Below, in pieces: positions 49,784 to 60,246 of a stretch of 64,000 nucleotides of DNA (position 1 is its first letter; every line of letters begins with the position of its first letter). The translations under genes and the position numbers were made by a program. This DNA comes from Spirulina sp. (GTDB taxonomy: Bacteria > Cyanobacteriota > Cyanobacteriia > Phormidesmidales > Phormidesmidaceae). The notes below the pieces were generated by a model. It saw nothing but the letters and a program-made list of their open reading frames with translations. It was not told where the DNA came from and did not search any database. Location: the NCBI GenBank assembly GCA_044070495.1, contig JBIPSI010000004.1, forward strand, positions 1 to 64,000, in the 5' to 3' direction.

Positions 49784-50713
49784 ATGACCGCCTCTCCCCG
49801 TCGCAATCTCTACCGTTTGGAACGTCTACCCGCCCAAATTCCCCAGGCGGCGGTGCCCTACCTGTTTTTGCTGCCCGCCCTAGTGGCGCTGACCATTTCC
49901 GTCTTCTGGCCCGCCCTGCGTGCGTTTTACCTCAGTTTCACCAGCTTTGGCCTGGATCTCACGGCCCCACCCACCTGGGTAGGTTTGGCCAATCTAAGGC
50001 GTCTGATGGCCGACGAGGTGTTTTGGCAAACGGTGCGCAATAGCCTGGTCTACCTGCTGGGAGTCGTCCCGGTGCTCACCTTTGCGCCCCTGGGGCTAGC
50101 GATTTTGGTGAACCGTCAACTGCGGGGCATCCACTGGCTGCGGGTGGCTTACTATTCTCCGGTGGTGGTGTCGATGGTGGTGGCGGGCATTGCCTGGCGC
50201 TGGCTCTATGCCGAAAATGGCCTGTTTAACCAACTGTTGCAGGCGACCGGATTGTTTCCCCAGGGCATCCCCTGGCTCACCAGCCCCAGCTTGGCGCTGT
50301 GGAGCGTGATGCTGGTGACGATTTGGAAGGGCATGGGCTACTACATGGTGATCTACCTGGCAGGGCTGCAAAGTATTCCCCAGGATCTCTATGAGGCGGC
50401 GGCGATTGATGGTTCCGACGGCTGGCGACGCCATTGGGACATCACCCTACCCCTGATGCGCCCCTACCTGTGGCTGGTGGCGATTATTTCCGCCATTGCC
50501 GCCACCAAGGTGTTTGAGGAGGTCTACATCATGACCCAGGGTGGCCCCCGTAATAGCTCTAAAACCGTGGTCTACTACATCTACGAGCAAGCCTTTGAAA
50601 AGCTGGAAATCAGCTATGCCTGCACCATCGGGCTAGCTCTATTTTTGGCGATTTTGGCCCTTTCGGCCCTGCGCTTAGCCCTCGGCAATCAGGACGTAAC
50701 GCCCCTAGGTTAG
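49784..50713 (+). CDS. Carbohydrate ABC transporter permease
   Basis: PYLFLLP, LAGLQSIP.DLYEAAAIDG (EAA motif) and ITLPLMRP. Confidence 0.93.
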   Translation: MTASPRRNLYRLERLPAQIPQAAVPYLFLLPALVALTISVFWPALRAFYLSFTSFGLDLTAPPTWVGLANLRRLMADEVFWQTVRNSLVYLLGVVPVLTFAPLGLAILVNRQLRGIHWLRVAYYSPVVVSMVVAGIAWRWLYAENGLFNQLLQATGLFPQGIPWLTSPSLALWSVMLVTIWKGMGYYMVIYLAGLQSIPQDLYEAAAIDGSDGWRRHWDITLPLMRPYLWLVAIISAIAATKVFEEVYIMTQGGPRNSSKTVVYYIYEQAFEKLEISYACTIGLALFLAILALSALRLALGNQDVTPLG

Positions 50714-50878
50714 GCGGGATCCCGCTAGTAAGGAGTGACGTTGATTCCAGATGCAGTATCTAAACAAAAATTCGCTGACCGCCTGAGTGGCGGTTTGAAC
50801 CACCAGAGGCCAAGGATTGTCCATGCACCCGAAGAGCAACGCCCTTTAAAGTAATCACTGTGACTACGGAACGATTTT

Positions 50879-51967
50879 ATGACGACTGAAAAAAATTTGT
50901 TCACCCCCATTTCTCTGGGGCGGTACGAACTCCCGAACCGCATTGCGATGGCCCCCCTCACCCGTAACCGGGCCGGATCTGGAAACGTGCCCCAGCCCTT
51001 GAATGCCCTTTACTACCAACAACGGTCTTCGGCGGGGCTGATTATTACGGAAGCCAGCCAGGTTTGCCCCCAGGGGCAGGGTTACCCCGCCACGCCGGGA
51101 ATTCATAGTGCCGAACAGGTGGAAGGCTGGAAGGCTGTCACCCAGGCGGTGCATGACAAGGGCGGACGCATCTTCCTGCAACTCTGGCATGTGGGCCGTA
51201 TTTCCCATCCCTCCTTCCAGCCCGATGGTGCCCTGCCCGTAGCCCCTAGTGCTATCCGGCCCAAGGGCGATGCCATGACCTACGACGGAATGCAGCCCTT
51301 TGTCGTCCCTCGCGCTTTGGAACTGGACGAAATTCCTGGCGTTATTGAACAGTATCGCCAAGGTGCTAAAAATGCCATGGAAGCCGGGTTTGATGGTGTG
51401 GAAGTGCATGGTGCAAACGGCTATCTATTGGATCAATTTTTGCGGGACGGCACCAACCAGCGCACCGATGCCTATGGCGGCTCCCTAGAAAATCGGGCGC
51501 GTCTACTGCTGGAAGTGACCCAGGCGGTGGTGGACGTATGGGGGAGCGACCGGGTGGGCGTGCGGCTTTCCCCCAGCAGCACCTTCAACGACATGGCCGA
51601 TTCCGACCCTAAAACAACGTTCAGCTACGCCATCCAGGCTCTGAATGCCTTCAGCCTGGCCTACCTGCATTTGCTAGAACCCAGCGAAGCCGACCTGCGC
51701 TACGGCGGCACCCCCATCCCCACCCGCAAGTTTCGGTCCCTATACAACGGGACGCTGATGGTGAACTGGGACTATGATCAAGCCTCTGGCCACCAAGCCA
51801 TTGCCGAGGGCCATGCTGACCTAGTGTCCTATGGCAAACTGTTCATCGCCAACCCTGATTTGCCCCGTCGATTTAAGGAAAACGCCCCCCTCAACGAACC
51901 CAATCCCGATACCTTCTACGGTGGCGGGGCCGAGGGCTACACCGACTACCCTAGCCTGGGAGACTAG
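50879..51967 (+). CDS. Alkene reductase, Old Yellow Enzyme (NemA-like)
   Basis: MAPLTRNRA, QLWHVGR, HGANGYLLDQF, ANPDLP and GYTDYP motifs. Confidence 0.95.
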   Translation: MTTEKNLFTPISLGRYELPNRIAMAPLTRNRAGSGNVPQPLNALYYQQRSSAGLIITEASQVCPQGQGYPATPGIHSAEQVEGWKAVTQAVHDKGGRIFLQLWHVGRISHPSFQPDGALPVAPSAIRPKGDAMTYDGMQPFVVPRALELDEIPGVIEQYRQGAKNAMEAGFDGVEVHGANGYLLDQFLRDGTNQRTDAYGGSLENRARLLLEVTQAVVDVWGSDRVGVRLSPSSTFNDMADSDPKTTFSYAIQALNAFSLAYLHLLEPSEADLRYGGTPIPTRKFRSLYNGTLMVNWDYDQASGHQAIAEGHADLVSYGKLFIANPDLPRRFKENAPLNEPNPDTFYGGGAEGYTDYPSLGD

Positions 51968-51996
51968 GGTATGACTTTGGAGGAAGGCAGGATAAG

Positions 51997-54300
51997 TTAG
52001 GCTTCCTTGGCATCGGGCAGTACCTGCACCCTGGCAAACTTGAGGCCGTTGACCCCTTGAAGGGGCTCCACGCTGCCCTCTTCAATCGTGTCGCTCACTA
52101 GGCCCTCTCGGTGCAGGTAGCGCAGGTATTGCTGATATTCCTCCCACTCCTCGGTGGTGGAGTAGACGATGGTGAGCATTCTGGGCTGGGTGATGCGCGC
52201 CTGGGTGGCGGCGTCGCGGGCCTTGTCGATGCGTTTTTTGACAATTTCATAGCGGGTGTCGCGGGTGCCGCGTACATCGAACAACCGCTCGGTGGTTTCG
52301 TCGTGGACGATATCCACCGTTACCGCCTGCACCAAGACGAGATGGGTGATCACCATATCGGTATTGCACTTGCGCTTCAGGGTAAGCCCCTGGCGGGCAC
52401 AGTCGCACACCGCCCGCAGTTGCTCGTAGCGCAGGGCTTTGAGCTGAAAGTCGGTAAATTTCGGGTCGATGGCCTTGCCGGTGTAGATCATGTGGTCGAT
52501 GCCATCGGTGGCCTCTAGATCGCAGTAGTGGGGGGTGATGGCCTGCATCGACTGCTGCCAGTGGTTCCAGGTTTCTCTCAGCAGGTTGTTGATGTAGTTG
52601 ATGGTTTGGTCGTAGACGGCGCGGGCGGTGTAAATACAGCCGTGCTCGTCATCCATGGCGTTTTGGTAGCGGCGGATCGCCTCACTGGCGGCGGGGCAGA
52701 CCTGTGCAAAGTAGGGGAAATGGGCCTCTACCTCGTTTTGGAGGTAGCGCAGTAGGGTTACTTCGGCATCCACCGTTACCCCCTGCTCTAGTTTGGTGAT
52801 GCGGTCTTGCAGATCTAGCCACAGTTGCTCTACCAGGGCATTGTGAACGGCGCTAGATCGCACGGCTTCGACCACGGCTAGGGCCAGACGGAACTGGGCC
52901 AGTAAATCTTCCTGGATGGCGCGGTTGCGTTCGTCGGAGGAACCGCGAATATCGGAAATGCCGTAGAGGGGATAGACCCCCTCAAACACAATCGGGGCCG
53001 GGGGTAGGCCCAGGCTGAGCCGTTCGGCCTCCTGCTCAAACCGCCACCGCACCGAGGGGTGAATGTTGGTGAATCGATCTCGCACGCTATAGCGCATGGA
53101 GGCATTGAGGGCAGGAATTAACGTGGTGGCGAGGCTACAGTCTGATTGGTTAAAGGCGTAGGGCTTGGTGCTGGTCAGCCCCACTAGGCCAAACATCTGG
53201 CTGGCCCCTTGGCCGAGGGTCGGGTTGCGCATCACCAAGGGAATCAGCAGCAGCGATCTAGCCCCCGCCGCTACCAAGGCCCGCTCCCCGGAGGTGCAAC
53301 AGGCCAGGCTCAGATCGGGGATGGTTAATACCTCCCCCCGCTCTGTGGTTTGCAGGAAGGAAGACTCCTGTAATTCCCCTAGGGTGTAGGTTTGGCTCTG
53401 CCAATCGGCCTGATCCAGTGCCGTCCAAAGCTGGGCGCGATCATTTTCCGCGATCAGCAAAAAGCTGTCCTGGGCTCCAAAGAGCTGCTTCATCAAGCCA
53501 TTGGCTTGGACAAACTGCTCCGTTCCTACCACCGATTCGCGGCCCACCAGCAGGTGGATTAGCGCCCGTGAGGTTTCCCGCTCGGTGACATCGGTGCCCT
53601 CAATCAACACCTGCCCTCGAATCGTGTAGCGGTGGGGATACAGCTTGTTCAGCAGCCGATTCAGGGGGGATGCCTTGGTTAAAAGCTGGGTGGTCACCTG
53701 TTGGGGGGTGGGGCCATCGGGCCAACAGTCACGCAAACTGGCCTCTAAATCCGAGGCAATGGCCAACACTTGAAGGCCGTCTTCAGCGGTGCGTAGCCGC
53801 AGTTCAATGTGACGGATTTGCTGGGTTTCTGGGTTGGTCAGCGACACCATCAGCGGCTCATGGCGCAGCCGAGGGGTCACCCACACCTCCGGCCCATACA
53901 GTTGCCCCAGCAGCGATTGGAGAAAGTGCAGTCGGAACCGATGGCGTAGCATCCGAGACACCGATGGCGTCAACCAGGCCAGATCGCTCATGGGCACCGG
54001 ATGGGCAGTGGGGCCAAGCCCCGTGAGACGGCCAAAATAGTCGTTGGCAAAGACAATCCGGTGGGCCTGGGGAGCGGCATTGAGACGGGTGCTCACCTCC
54101 ACGACGGCCATCACCAGTTGACTGTGGTGTTGCAGCAAATTAAACCAGGCCGGGGCCGCTCCCTCCGAGGTCAGCAGCGGGCTTCCCTCCGGGGCTACCC
54201 ACACGCTTCCCTTTAGCCCTGGGGTCAGGTTGTCCCTTTCTCCTCGGGCGCTACCCTCTAGACGGCTATGCTCAAGACTATGTAAAGAATCCGTGGCCAT
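51997..54300 (-). CDS. PAS-like plus GAF domain protein with a conserved uncharacterised C-terminal domain
   Basis: IVFANDYFGRLTG (PAS-like); ARSLLLIPL...FGLVGL (GAF); C-terminal SDIRGSS, TDGIDH and RYEIVKKRIDKA. Confidence 0.75.
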   Translation of the reverse strand: MATDSLHSLEHSRLEGSARGERDNLTPGLKGSVWVAPEGSPLLTSEGAAPAWFNLLQHHSQLVMAVVEVSTRLNAAPQAHRIVFANDYFGRLTGLGPTAHPVPMSDLAWLTPSVSRMLRHRFRLHFLQSLLGQLYGPEVWVTPRLRHEPLMVSLTNPETQQIRHIELRLRTAEDGLQVLAIASDLEASLRDCWPDGPTPQQVTTQLLTKASPLNRLLNKLYPHRYTIRGQVLIEGTDVTERETSRALIHLLVGRESVVGTEQFVQANGLMKQLFGAQDSFLLIAENDRAQLWTALDQADWQSQTYTLGELQESSFLQTTERGEVLTIPDLSLACCTSGERALVAAGARSLLLIPLVMRNPTLGQGASQMFGLVGLTSTKPYAFNQSDCSLATTLIPALNASMRYSVRDRFTNIHPSVRWRFEQEAERLSLGLPPAPIVFEGVYPLYGISDIRGSSDERNRAIQEDLLAQFRLALAVVEAVRSSAVHNALVEQLWLDLQDRITKLEQGVTVDAEVTLLRYLQNEVEAHFPYFAQVCPAASEAIRRYQNAMDDEHGCIYTARAVYDQTINYINNLLRETWNHWQQSMQAITPHYCDLEATDGIDHMIYTGKAIDPKFTDFQLKALRYEQLRAVCDCARQGLTLKRKCNTDMVITHLVLVQAVTVDIVHDETTERLFDVRGTRDTRYEIVKKRIDKARDAATQARITQPRMLTIVYSTTEEWEEYQQYLRYLHREGLVSDTIEEGSVEPLQGVNGLKFARVQVLPDAKEA

Positions 54301-54875
54301 AGTGCTTTTCTGAACGACACCCTAAACACTCATACAGACTCCCCTGATGGAATTCCGTACATCGCTAACCTATCGTTGCCATAGCCCTCAGTAAAGCTTG
54401 CCCCAGCCCAGTCGCTAAATCTAGGGCTAGGCCAAGGGCCGATCTCTGGGGTGGTGCCCACCGTCCAGCGGTGGGTGGTGTCGCCAAGCTAGACCTCTGG
54501 CAAGGATTGGGTTAACTGGGATGTAGTGAGATGCACTGGTTGGGTTGTAACGACCCGTTACAGAATTTGGGACAACCCCTAACCCTAGTCTGCCCAGAAA
54601 CAGCGTGAAATGAGCGCCCGCTTCAATAAATGTCGTGAAGGTGATGATCGTGATCTCGATCAGGGGTTGATCCCCCTTGGCGTTGACCCGCCCCCGCAGA
54701 TTGCCCCCTAACGTTGATCCATACGGTCTCTCCCCCTGGAGATAAGGGGCGCACCCAGAAACCCCAGGATCGTCGATGTATCAGCCAGCGCCAATTCAGG
54801 GGGGTGAAGCGTTTACAATAGAAAACTGGCCCTGCGGCTGTCGTTGATTGTATTTCTAAACGTCCCTGAACCACC

Positions 54876-56366
54876 ATGTTTGAAGCCCTGTCGGAACGCC
54901 TTGAGTCGGCCTGGAAAAGCCTGCGCGGCCAAGACAAAATTAGCGAAACCAACATCAACGAAGCCCTGCGGGAAGTGCGGCGGGCTCTGCTGGAGGCGGA
55001 CGTTAACCTCCAGGTGATCAAAGACTTCATCGCCGAGGTCAAAGAACAAGCCCTAGGGGCCGAGGTGGTCAAAGGAATCAGCCCCGACCAGCAGTTCATC
55101 AAAATCGTCCATGACGAACTCGTGCGGCTGATGGGCGACACCAACGTGCCCCTAGCCAGCACCGAGAAAAAACCCACCGTTGTGCTGATGGCGGGCCTGC
55201 AAGGGACAGGGAAAACCACCGCCACCGCCAAACTGGCCCTGCACCTGCGCAAGGAAAACCGCAGCACCATGCTGGTGGCCACCGACGTGTACCGTCCCGC
55301 AGCGGTAGATCAGCTCATCACCCTGGGCAAGCAAATTAACGTGCCTGTGTTTGATCTGGGGACGGATGCGAATCCTGTAGACATCGCCCGCCAGGGTCTA
55401 GAACGGGCCAAGGCCGAGGGCGTAGACACCGTGATTGTGGACACGGCAGGCCGCTTGCAGATTGACCCCAAAATGATGGCCGAACTGGCCGACATCAAAA
55501 CCGCCATCCAGCCCGATGAGGTGCTGCTGGTGGTAGATGCCATGACTGGGCAAGAGGCCGCCAACCTCACCCGCACCTTCCACGACCAGATCGGCATCAC
55601 CGGGGCCATTCTCACCAAAATGGACGGCGATGCTCGCGGCGGGGCGGCCCTCTCCGTGCGGCAAATTTCTGGACAGCCGATCAAATTTGTCGGCGTGGGC
55701 GAAAAGGTGGAAGCCCTGCAACCCTTCTACCCCGACCGCATGGCCTCCCGCATTTTGGGCATGGGCGACGTGCTTACCCTGGTGGAAAAAGCCCAGGAAG
55801 CGGTGGACATTGCCGACGCCGAAAAGTTGACCAAAAAAATCCTGGAAGCCGAGTTTGACTTCGACGACTTTCTCAAGCAAATGCGCTTCATGAAGAGCAT
55901 GGGCTCCCTAGGCAGCATCATGAAGCTGATTCCCGGCATGGGCAAGCAAATTTCTGGCGAAATGTTGGAACAGGGCGAAGTTCAGCTCAAACGCTGCGAA
56001 GCCATGATCAACTCCATGACGCGGGAGGAGCGCAAGAACCCCAACCTACTGTCTAGCTCCCCTAGCCGCCGCCGCCGCATTGCCGCTGGATCGGGACACC
56101 AGGAAAAAGAAGTCTCTAAGCTCATTACCGACTTCACCAAAATGCGCACCATGATGCAGCAAATGGGGCGCGGCGGTGGCTTCCCCGGTATGGGCGGAAT
56201 GCCCGGCATGGGTGGCGGAATGCCGGGCATGGGTGGCGGAATGCCCGGTATGGGCGGAATGCCCGGTATGCCCGGTATGGGCGGCGGCGCAATGCCTGGG
56301 TTCCGCGCCCCTAGCAACAAAAAGCAAAAGAAACAGAAGAAGAAAAAAGGCTTCGGTCAGTTGTAG
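54876..56366 (+). CDS. ffh: Signal recognition particle protein
   Basis: GLQGTGKTT, DTAGR, TKMDGDARGG, RILGMGD motifs and M domain. Confidence 0.98.
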   Translation: MFEALSERLESAWKSLRGQDKISETNINEALREVRRALLEADVNLQVIKDFIAEVKEQALGAEVVKGISPDQQFIKIVHDELVRLMGDTNVPLASTEKKPTVVLMAGLQGTGKTTATAKLALHLRKENRSTMLVATDVYRPAAVDQLITLGKQINVPVFDLGTDANPVDIARQGLERAKAEGVDTVIVDTAGRLQIDPKMMAELADIKTAIQPDEVLLVVDAMTGQEAANLTRTFHDQIGITGAILTKMDGDARGGAALSVRQISGQPIKFVGVGEKVEALQPFYPDRMASRILGMGDVLTLVEKAQEAVDIADAEKLTKKILEAEFDFDDFLKQMRFMKSMGSLGSIMKLIPGMGKQISGEMLEQGEVQLKRCEAMINSMTREERKNPNLLSSSPSRRRRIAAGSGHQEKEVSKLITDFTKMRTMMQQMGRGGGFPGMGGMPGMGGGMPGMGGGMPGMGGMPGMPGMGGGAMPGFRAPSNKKQKKQKKKKGFGQL

Positions 56367-56395
56367 GCATTCACCAAGATTAAACGGCACCCGGC

Positions 56396-57130
56396 ATGAC
56401 AAAACGGATTCGGCTTGGGATGTTGACCCCCTCCTCCAACACCGTGTTGGAGCCTGTGACCACGGCCCTACTGGCAAATTTGCCGGAGGTATCGGCTCAT
56501 TTCAGCCGCTTTTCGGTCACGGAAATTGCCCTCAGTAAAACCGCCCTCGGTCAGTTTGAGTTAGCCCCCCTACTGAAGGCGGCCCAATTGCTGGCCGACG
56601 CCAAGGTGGATGTGATCGCCTGGAACGGCACCTCGGCGGGCTGGTTGGGGTTGGAGACCGACCGAGAGCTGTGTCGGCAGATCACCGCCAAAACGGGCAT
56701 TCCAGCCACCACCTCAGTCTTGGCTCTTACGGAGCAATTTCGGGCGCGAGGATTCACCCGCTTGGGCTTAGTGACGCCCTACCTGCCCACGGTGCAGGAA
56801 CGTATCCTCCAAAACTACGCCCAGGAAGGGTTTGACTGCGTGGCCGAGCAGCACCTTAGCCTCCAGGATAATTTCTCCTTTGCGGAGGTCAGCCCCGATC
56901 AGCTTCGGGCCATGGTGCGCCAAGTCGCGGCCAGTCAACCCCAGGTGATTACCACCTTTTGCACCAACCTAGCCGCCGCCCCCCTAGTGGCCGATCTAGA
57001 GCAGGAATTGGGCATCCCCATCTTCGATACGATTGCCGTGGTGGTGTGGCAGTCCCTACGGCTGGCGGGGGTCGATCCCACCAGGGTCAAGGGATGGGGA
57101 CGGTTATTTAGCGACGTTGGGACAGCCTAG
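56396..57130 (+). CDS. Asp/Glu/hydantoin racemase - maleate isomerase / arylmalonate decarboxylase family protein
   Basis: LGMLTPSSNTVLE, WNGTS, LVTPY and FCTN motifs. Confidence 0.85.
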   Translation: MTKRIRLGMLTPSSNTVLEPVTTALLANLPEVSAHFSRFSVTEIALSKTALGQFELAPLLKAAQLLADAKVDVIAWNGTSAGWLGLETDRELCRQITAKTGIPATTSVLALTEQFRARGFTRLGLVTPYLPTVQERILQNYAQEGFDCVAEQHLSLQDNFSFAEVSPDQLRAMVRQVAASQPQVITTFCTNLAAAPLVADLEQELGIPIFDTIAVVVWQSLRLAGVDPTRVKGWGRLFSDVGTA

Positions 57131-57131
57131 A

Positions 57132-57214
57132 CCCTCACCCCCAGCCCCTCTCCCAATCTGGGCCATCCCTTAGGCAAAAGTCGTAGGGTGCATTCGCGAA
57201 GCAATGCACCACCC
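57132..57214. repeat. Truncated CCCTCACC/CCCTCTCCC repeat followed by a GTAG-type REP
   Basis: CCCTCACCCCCAGCCCCTCTCCC, then TCGTAGGGTGCATT-CGCGAAGC-AATGCACC at 57181. Confidence 0.7.
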
Positions 57215-57269
57215 AACGGCAATGCACCACCACTCCTCAAGACACCTCAAAACGCCAGGTAAACCAACC

Positions 57270-58814
57270 ATGTCGATCAGCTTAATTCGGGGCAAGGCCG
57301 TTATTTGTCGGGCCTTAGACAACGAAACGGTAGAGGTCATTGAGGACGGGGCCGTGGTTCAGCAGGACGGCACCCTTTTAGCCGTCGGCCCCTACACCGA
57401 CCTCTTCGCACAGTACCAGCCAGACGAAATCCTCGGATCGCCCCACCACATCATCCTGCCGGGGTTTGTGAATGGCCATCACCATGTGGGCCTTACCCCG
57501 TTTCAGTTAGGTTCGCTCGATTACCCCCTAGAGCTGTGGTTCGCCACACGGCTAGGGGCGCGGCAGGTGGATCCCTACCTCGATACCCTCTATTCTGCCT
57601 TCGAGATGATCGCCTCCGGCGTCACTACCGTGCAGCACATCCACACCTGGCGCAATGGCCCTGCCGCGTCCTGGCCCGCCCTGGCCGAACGGGTGATCCA
57701 GGCCTACCAGGATATTGGGATGCGGGTCTCCTACAGCTTTGCTGCCCGCGACCAAAACCGCCTGGTCTACGAAGCCGATGAGGTCTTTCTCCAGCGATTA
57801 CCTGCCGATTTGGCCACCGCCGTAGACGATCTCCTGAAGGATCAGCGGGTGCCCTTTGGGGAATACCTCAACCTGTTCGCCCACCTGTGGCAGCGGTGGC
57901 AACAGCATCCCAGTGGCCGAGTCAAAATCCAGCTCGCCCCGGCCAACCTGCACTGGTGCTCTGACCAAGCGCTACAGCTACAACAGGACTACGCCCAAAA
58001 ATACCAGGTGCCCATCCACCTACATCTGGTGGAAACGATCTACCAGAAAATCTACGCCCAGCGCCGCACCGGAAAAACCGCCGTCCAGCACCTGCAAAAC
58101 CTCGGCCTGCTGGGGCCACACCTCACCCTGGGCCACGGGGTTTGGCTCACAGAAGACGATCTGGACATTCTGGCGGAAACGGGCACCCACATCTGCCACA
58201 ACGCCAGCTCGAACCTGCGCCTCCAGAGCGGCATTGCCCCCCTCAACGCCTTTACCCAAAAGGGCATTCCTGTGGCCCTTGGCCTAGACGAAGCGGGCCT
58301 GAATGACGACCGCGACATGCTGCAAGAAATGCGTCTGGTGCTGAAGCTGCATCGAGTACCCGGCATCGATGCCCTGGTGCCCAAGGCTGCCCAAGTCTTC
58401 CGCATGGCGACGGAGCAAGGCGCAACCACCACCGGATTTGGCGACTGCATAGGCACCCTGGCCCCCGGCAAAGCCGCCGACCTGGTGCTGATGGATTGGC
58501 GCAAACTGGCCTACCCCTACCTCGATGCCGATATTCCCCTCATCGAAGCCGTGCTCCACCGAGGCCGCAGCACCGCCATTGATACCGTGATGATTAACGG
58601 CAACGTCGTCCTCCAAGAGGGCCAATTTACCGGGGTGAATCGCGATGCCGTGTTAGCCACCCTCGCCGAGCAGCTTCAAGCCCCCATCACCGAGGCCGAA
58701 GAACACCGCCGCCGCCTCGCCAAGGCCATTTTCCCCTACATGAAGCAAGTCTACGATGGCTGGCTGGCCGACACCAACGGGCATCCCTTCTATTGTCAAA
58801 ACTGTCGGCATTAA
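57270..58814 (+). CDS. Metal-dependent amidohydrolase (AtzA/TriA/MtaD-like deaminase family)
   Basis: PGFVNGHHH, SGVTT, HLHLVET, LGHGVW, GLD and GKAADLV motifs. Confidence 0.9.
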   Translation: MSISLIRGKAVICRALDNETVEVIEDGAVVQQDGTLLAVGPYTDLFAQYQPDEILGSPHHIILPGFVNGHHHVGLTPFQLGSLDYPLELWFATRLGARQVDPYLDTLYSAFEMIASGVTTVQHIHTWRNGPAASWPALAERVIQAYQDIGMRVSYSFAARDQNRLVYEADEVFLQRLPADLATAVDDLLKDQRVPFGEYLNLFAHLWQRWQQHPSGRVKIQLAPANLHWCSDQALQLQQDYAQKYQVPIHLHLVETIYQKIYAQRRTGKTAVQHLQNLGLLGPHLTLGHGVWLTEDDLDILAETGTHICHNASSNLRLQSGIAPLNAFTQKGIPVALGLDEAGLNDDRDMLQEMRLVLKLHRVPGIDALVPKAAQVFRMATEQGATTTGFGDCIGTLAPGKAADLVLMDWRKLAYPYLDADIPLIEAVLHRGRSTAIDTVMINGNVVLQEGQFTGVNRDAVLATLAEQLQAPITEAEEHRRRLAKAIFPYMKQVYDGWLADTNGHPFYCQNCRH

Positions 58815-59117
58815 CCAAGACCCCAAACCAGGGGTCACCCCACTGTTGTGATCTAAATCCAGAGCCTCACCCGTTTAGGGCACGTTCCAAAATCAGATTC
58901 CTAGGTTCAGTAAATCGCCCAGTCCCCACAGCCCACCCTTAGGGTGTAGCTCGCTTCCCATAAGGGTGGGCTGGATCTCGGCAAAAGAGCATGTTTGTGA
59001 TCACTCCCAGTCCTCCTAGACGAAGGGCTGGGAGTATAGCTTGTGCCCGTTCGCGTAGCGTCCTACAAGAAAGCGTAGACGGCGGGCAATTTGTGATTTG
59101 TGATCTGCTGAGACGCC

Positions 59118-59927
59118 CTAGTTGCGCTGAAACATATGCACATCCTGCTGAGGGAAGGGAATGGTGATACCTTCGGCGTCGAGGCGGGCCTTAATTTGCT
59201 CTGGTAGGGCGAGTTTGACCGCTAGGAAGTCGGGGGTAGTTGTCCAGGCCCATACCTGGAGGTTGACGCTGCTGTCGGCCAGGTCTATGACGCTGACGGA
59301 GGGGACGGGGTCTTGCAGAATGCGAACGTCCTTGGAGATCTCATCCAAAATGGCGAAACGGGCCTTTTCGATGCTGTCGCCGTAGCTAATCCCTACAATA
59401 GATTCTACTCGGCGGGTGGGCTTGAGGGTGAAGTTAGTGATGTTGTCGCCGCCAATCTTAGAATTGGGCACCACCACCGTTGCGTTGTCGGGGGTAACAA
59501 TGGTGGTAGTAAACAGTTGAATAGCCTCAACGGTGCCAAAGACACCGCCGCCTTCGATCACATCTCCTACGCCGAAGGGGCGGAAGATGATCATCAGCAC
59601 CCCCGCCGCAAAGTTGGATAGGGATCCTTGCAGGGCCAAACCAATGGCCAAACCTGCCGCCCCCAGCACCGCAATTAACGAGGCCGTTTGCACCCCAAGG
59701 CGATTCAAGGCGGCAATCACCACAAAAGCGAGGGCCGCGTAGTACACCAAACTGGTTGTGAAGTTAATCAGGGTTGGATCCACCCCACGACGGGTCATCA
59801 CTTTTTTGGTAGCGCGTCCCACCAGCTTGGCTAGCCATTGACCGATGACCAGGATAGCCAACGCGGCCAAAATATTCAAACCAAAGGTCATCACCAGGTC
59901 TTGAGCGGTGACGATCCACTGGGTCAT
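59118..59927 (-). CDS. mscS: Small-conductance mechanosensitive channel
   Basis: GAAGLAIGLALQGSLSNFAAG, RPF.VGD, VPNS and IPFPQ motifs. Confidence 0.93.
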   Translation of the reverse strand: MTQWIVTAQDLVMTFGLNILAALAILVIGQWLAKLVGRATKKVMTRRGVDPTLINFTTSLVYYAALAFVVIAALNRLGVQTASLIAVLGAAGLAIGLALQGSLSNFAAGVLMIIFRPFGVGDVIEGGGVFGTVEAIQLFTTTIVTPDNATVVVPNSKIGGDNITNFTLKPTRRVESIVGISYGDSIEKARFAILDEISKDVRILQDPVPSVSVIDLADSSVNLQVWAWTTTPDFLAVKLALPEQIKARLDAEGITIPFPQQDVHMFQRN

Positions 59928-60246
59928 GTTCTCCACGGATCTTGATCTCCTTGTGTTATCGAAAGGGTTATGGAAAATGATGGCGTTTGGGGTCGGGGTT
60001 GTTGGGGGGGCAGGGTATAGGAATCTAGGGAAAAATCCAGGCATGGCCCGATTTCAGGCATGACCGGAGAACTCGTGACAACCTAGAGTTGGGTACACTA
60101 ATCCCAGGGATGCCCTGATGTCCAGGGGGTGTCAGCAGGCTCAACAACCTACTTTTCTGGTCACAAAAGCAACCTTTCCGACCCAAAACTGGCCATACCG
60201 TACCACAGCCCCTTCCTCTGAGCCCTATACCTGGGGATACATCTCG

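Noticed and set aside
54301..54875. SRP RNA (ffs) next to ffh
   Set aside because: No conserved SRP domain IV (CAGG..GGAA..AGCAG) sequence was seen
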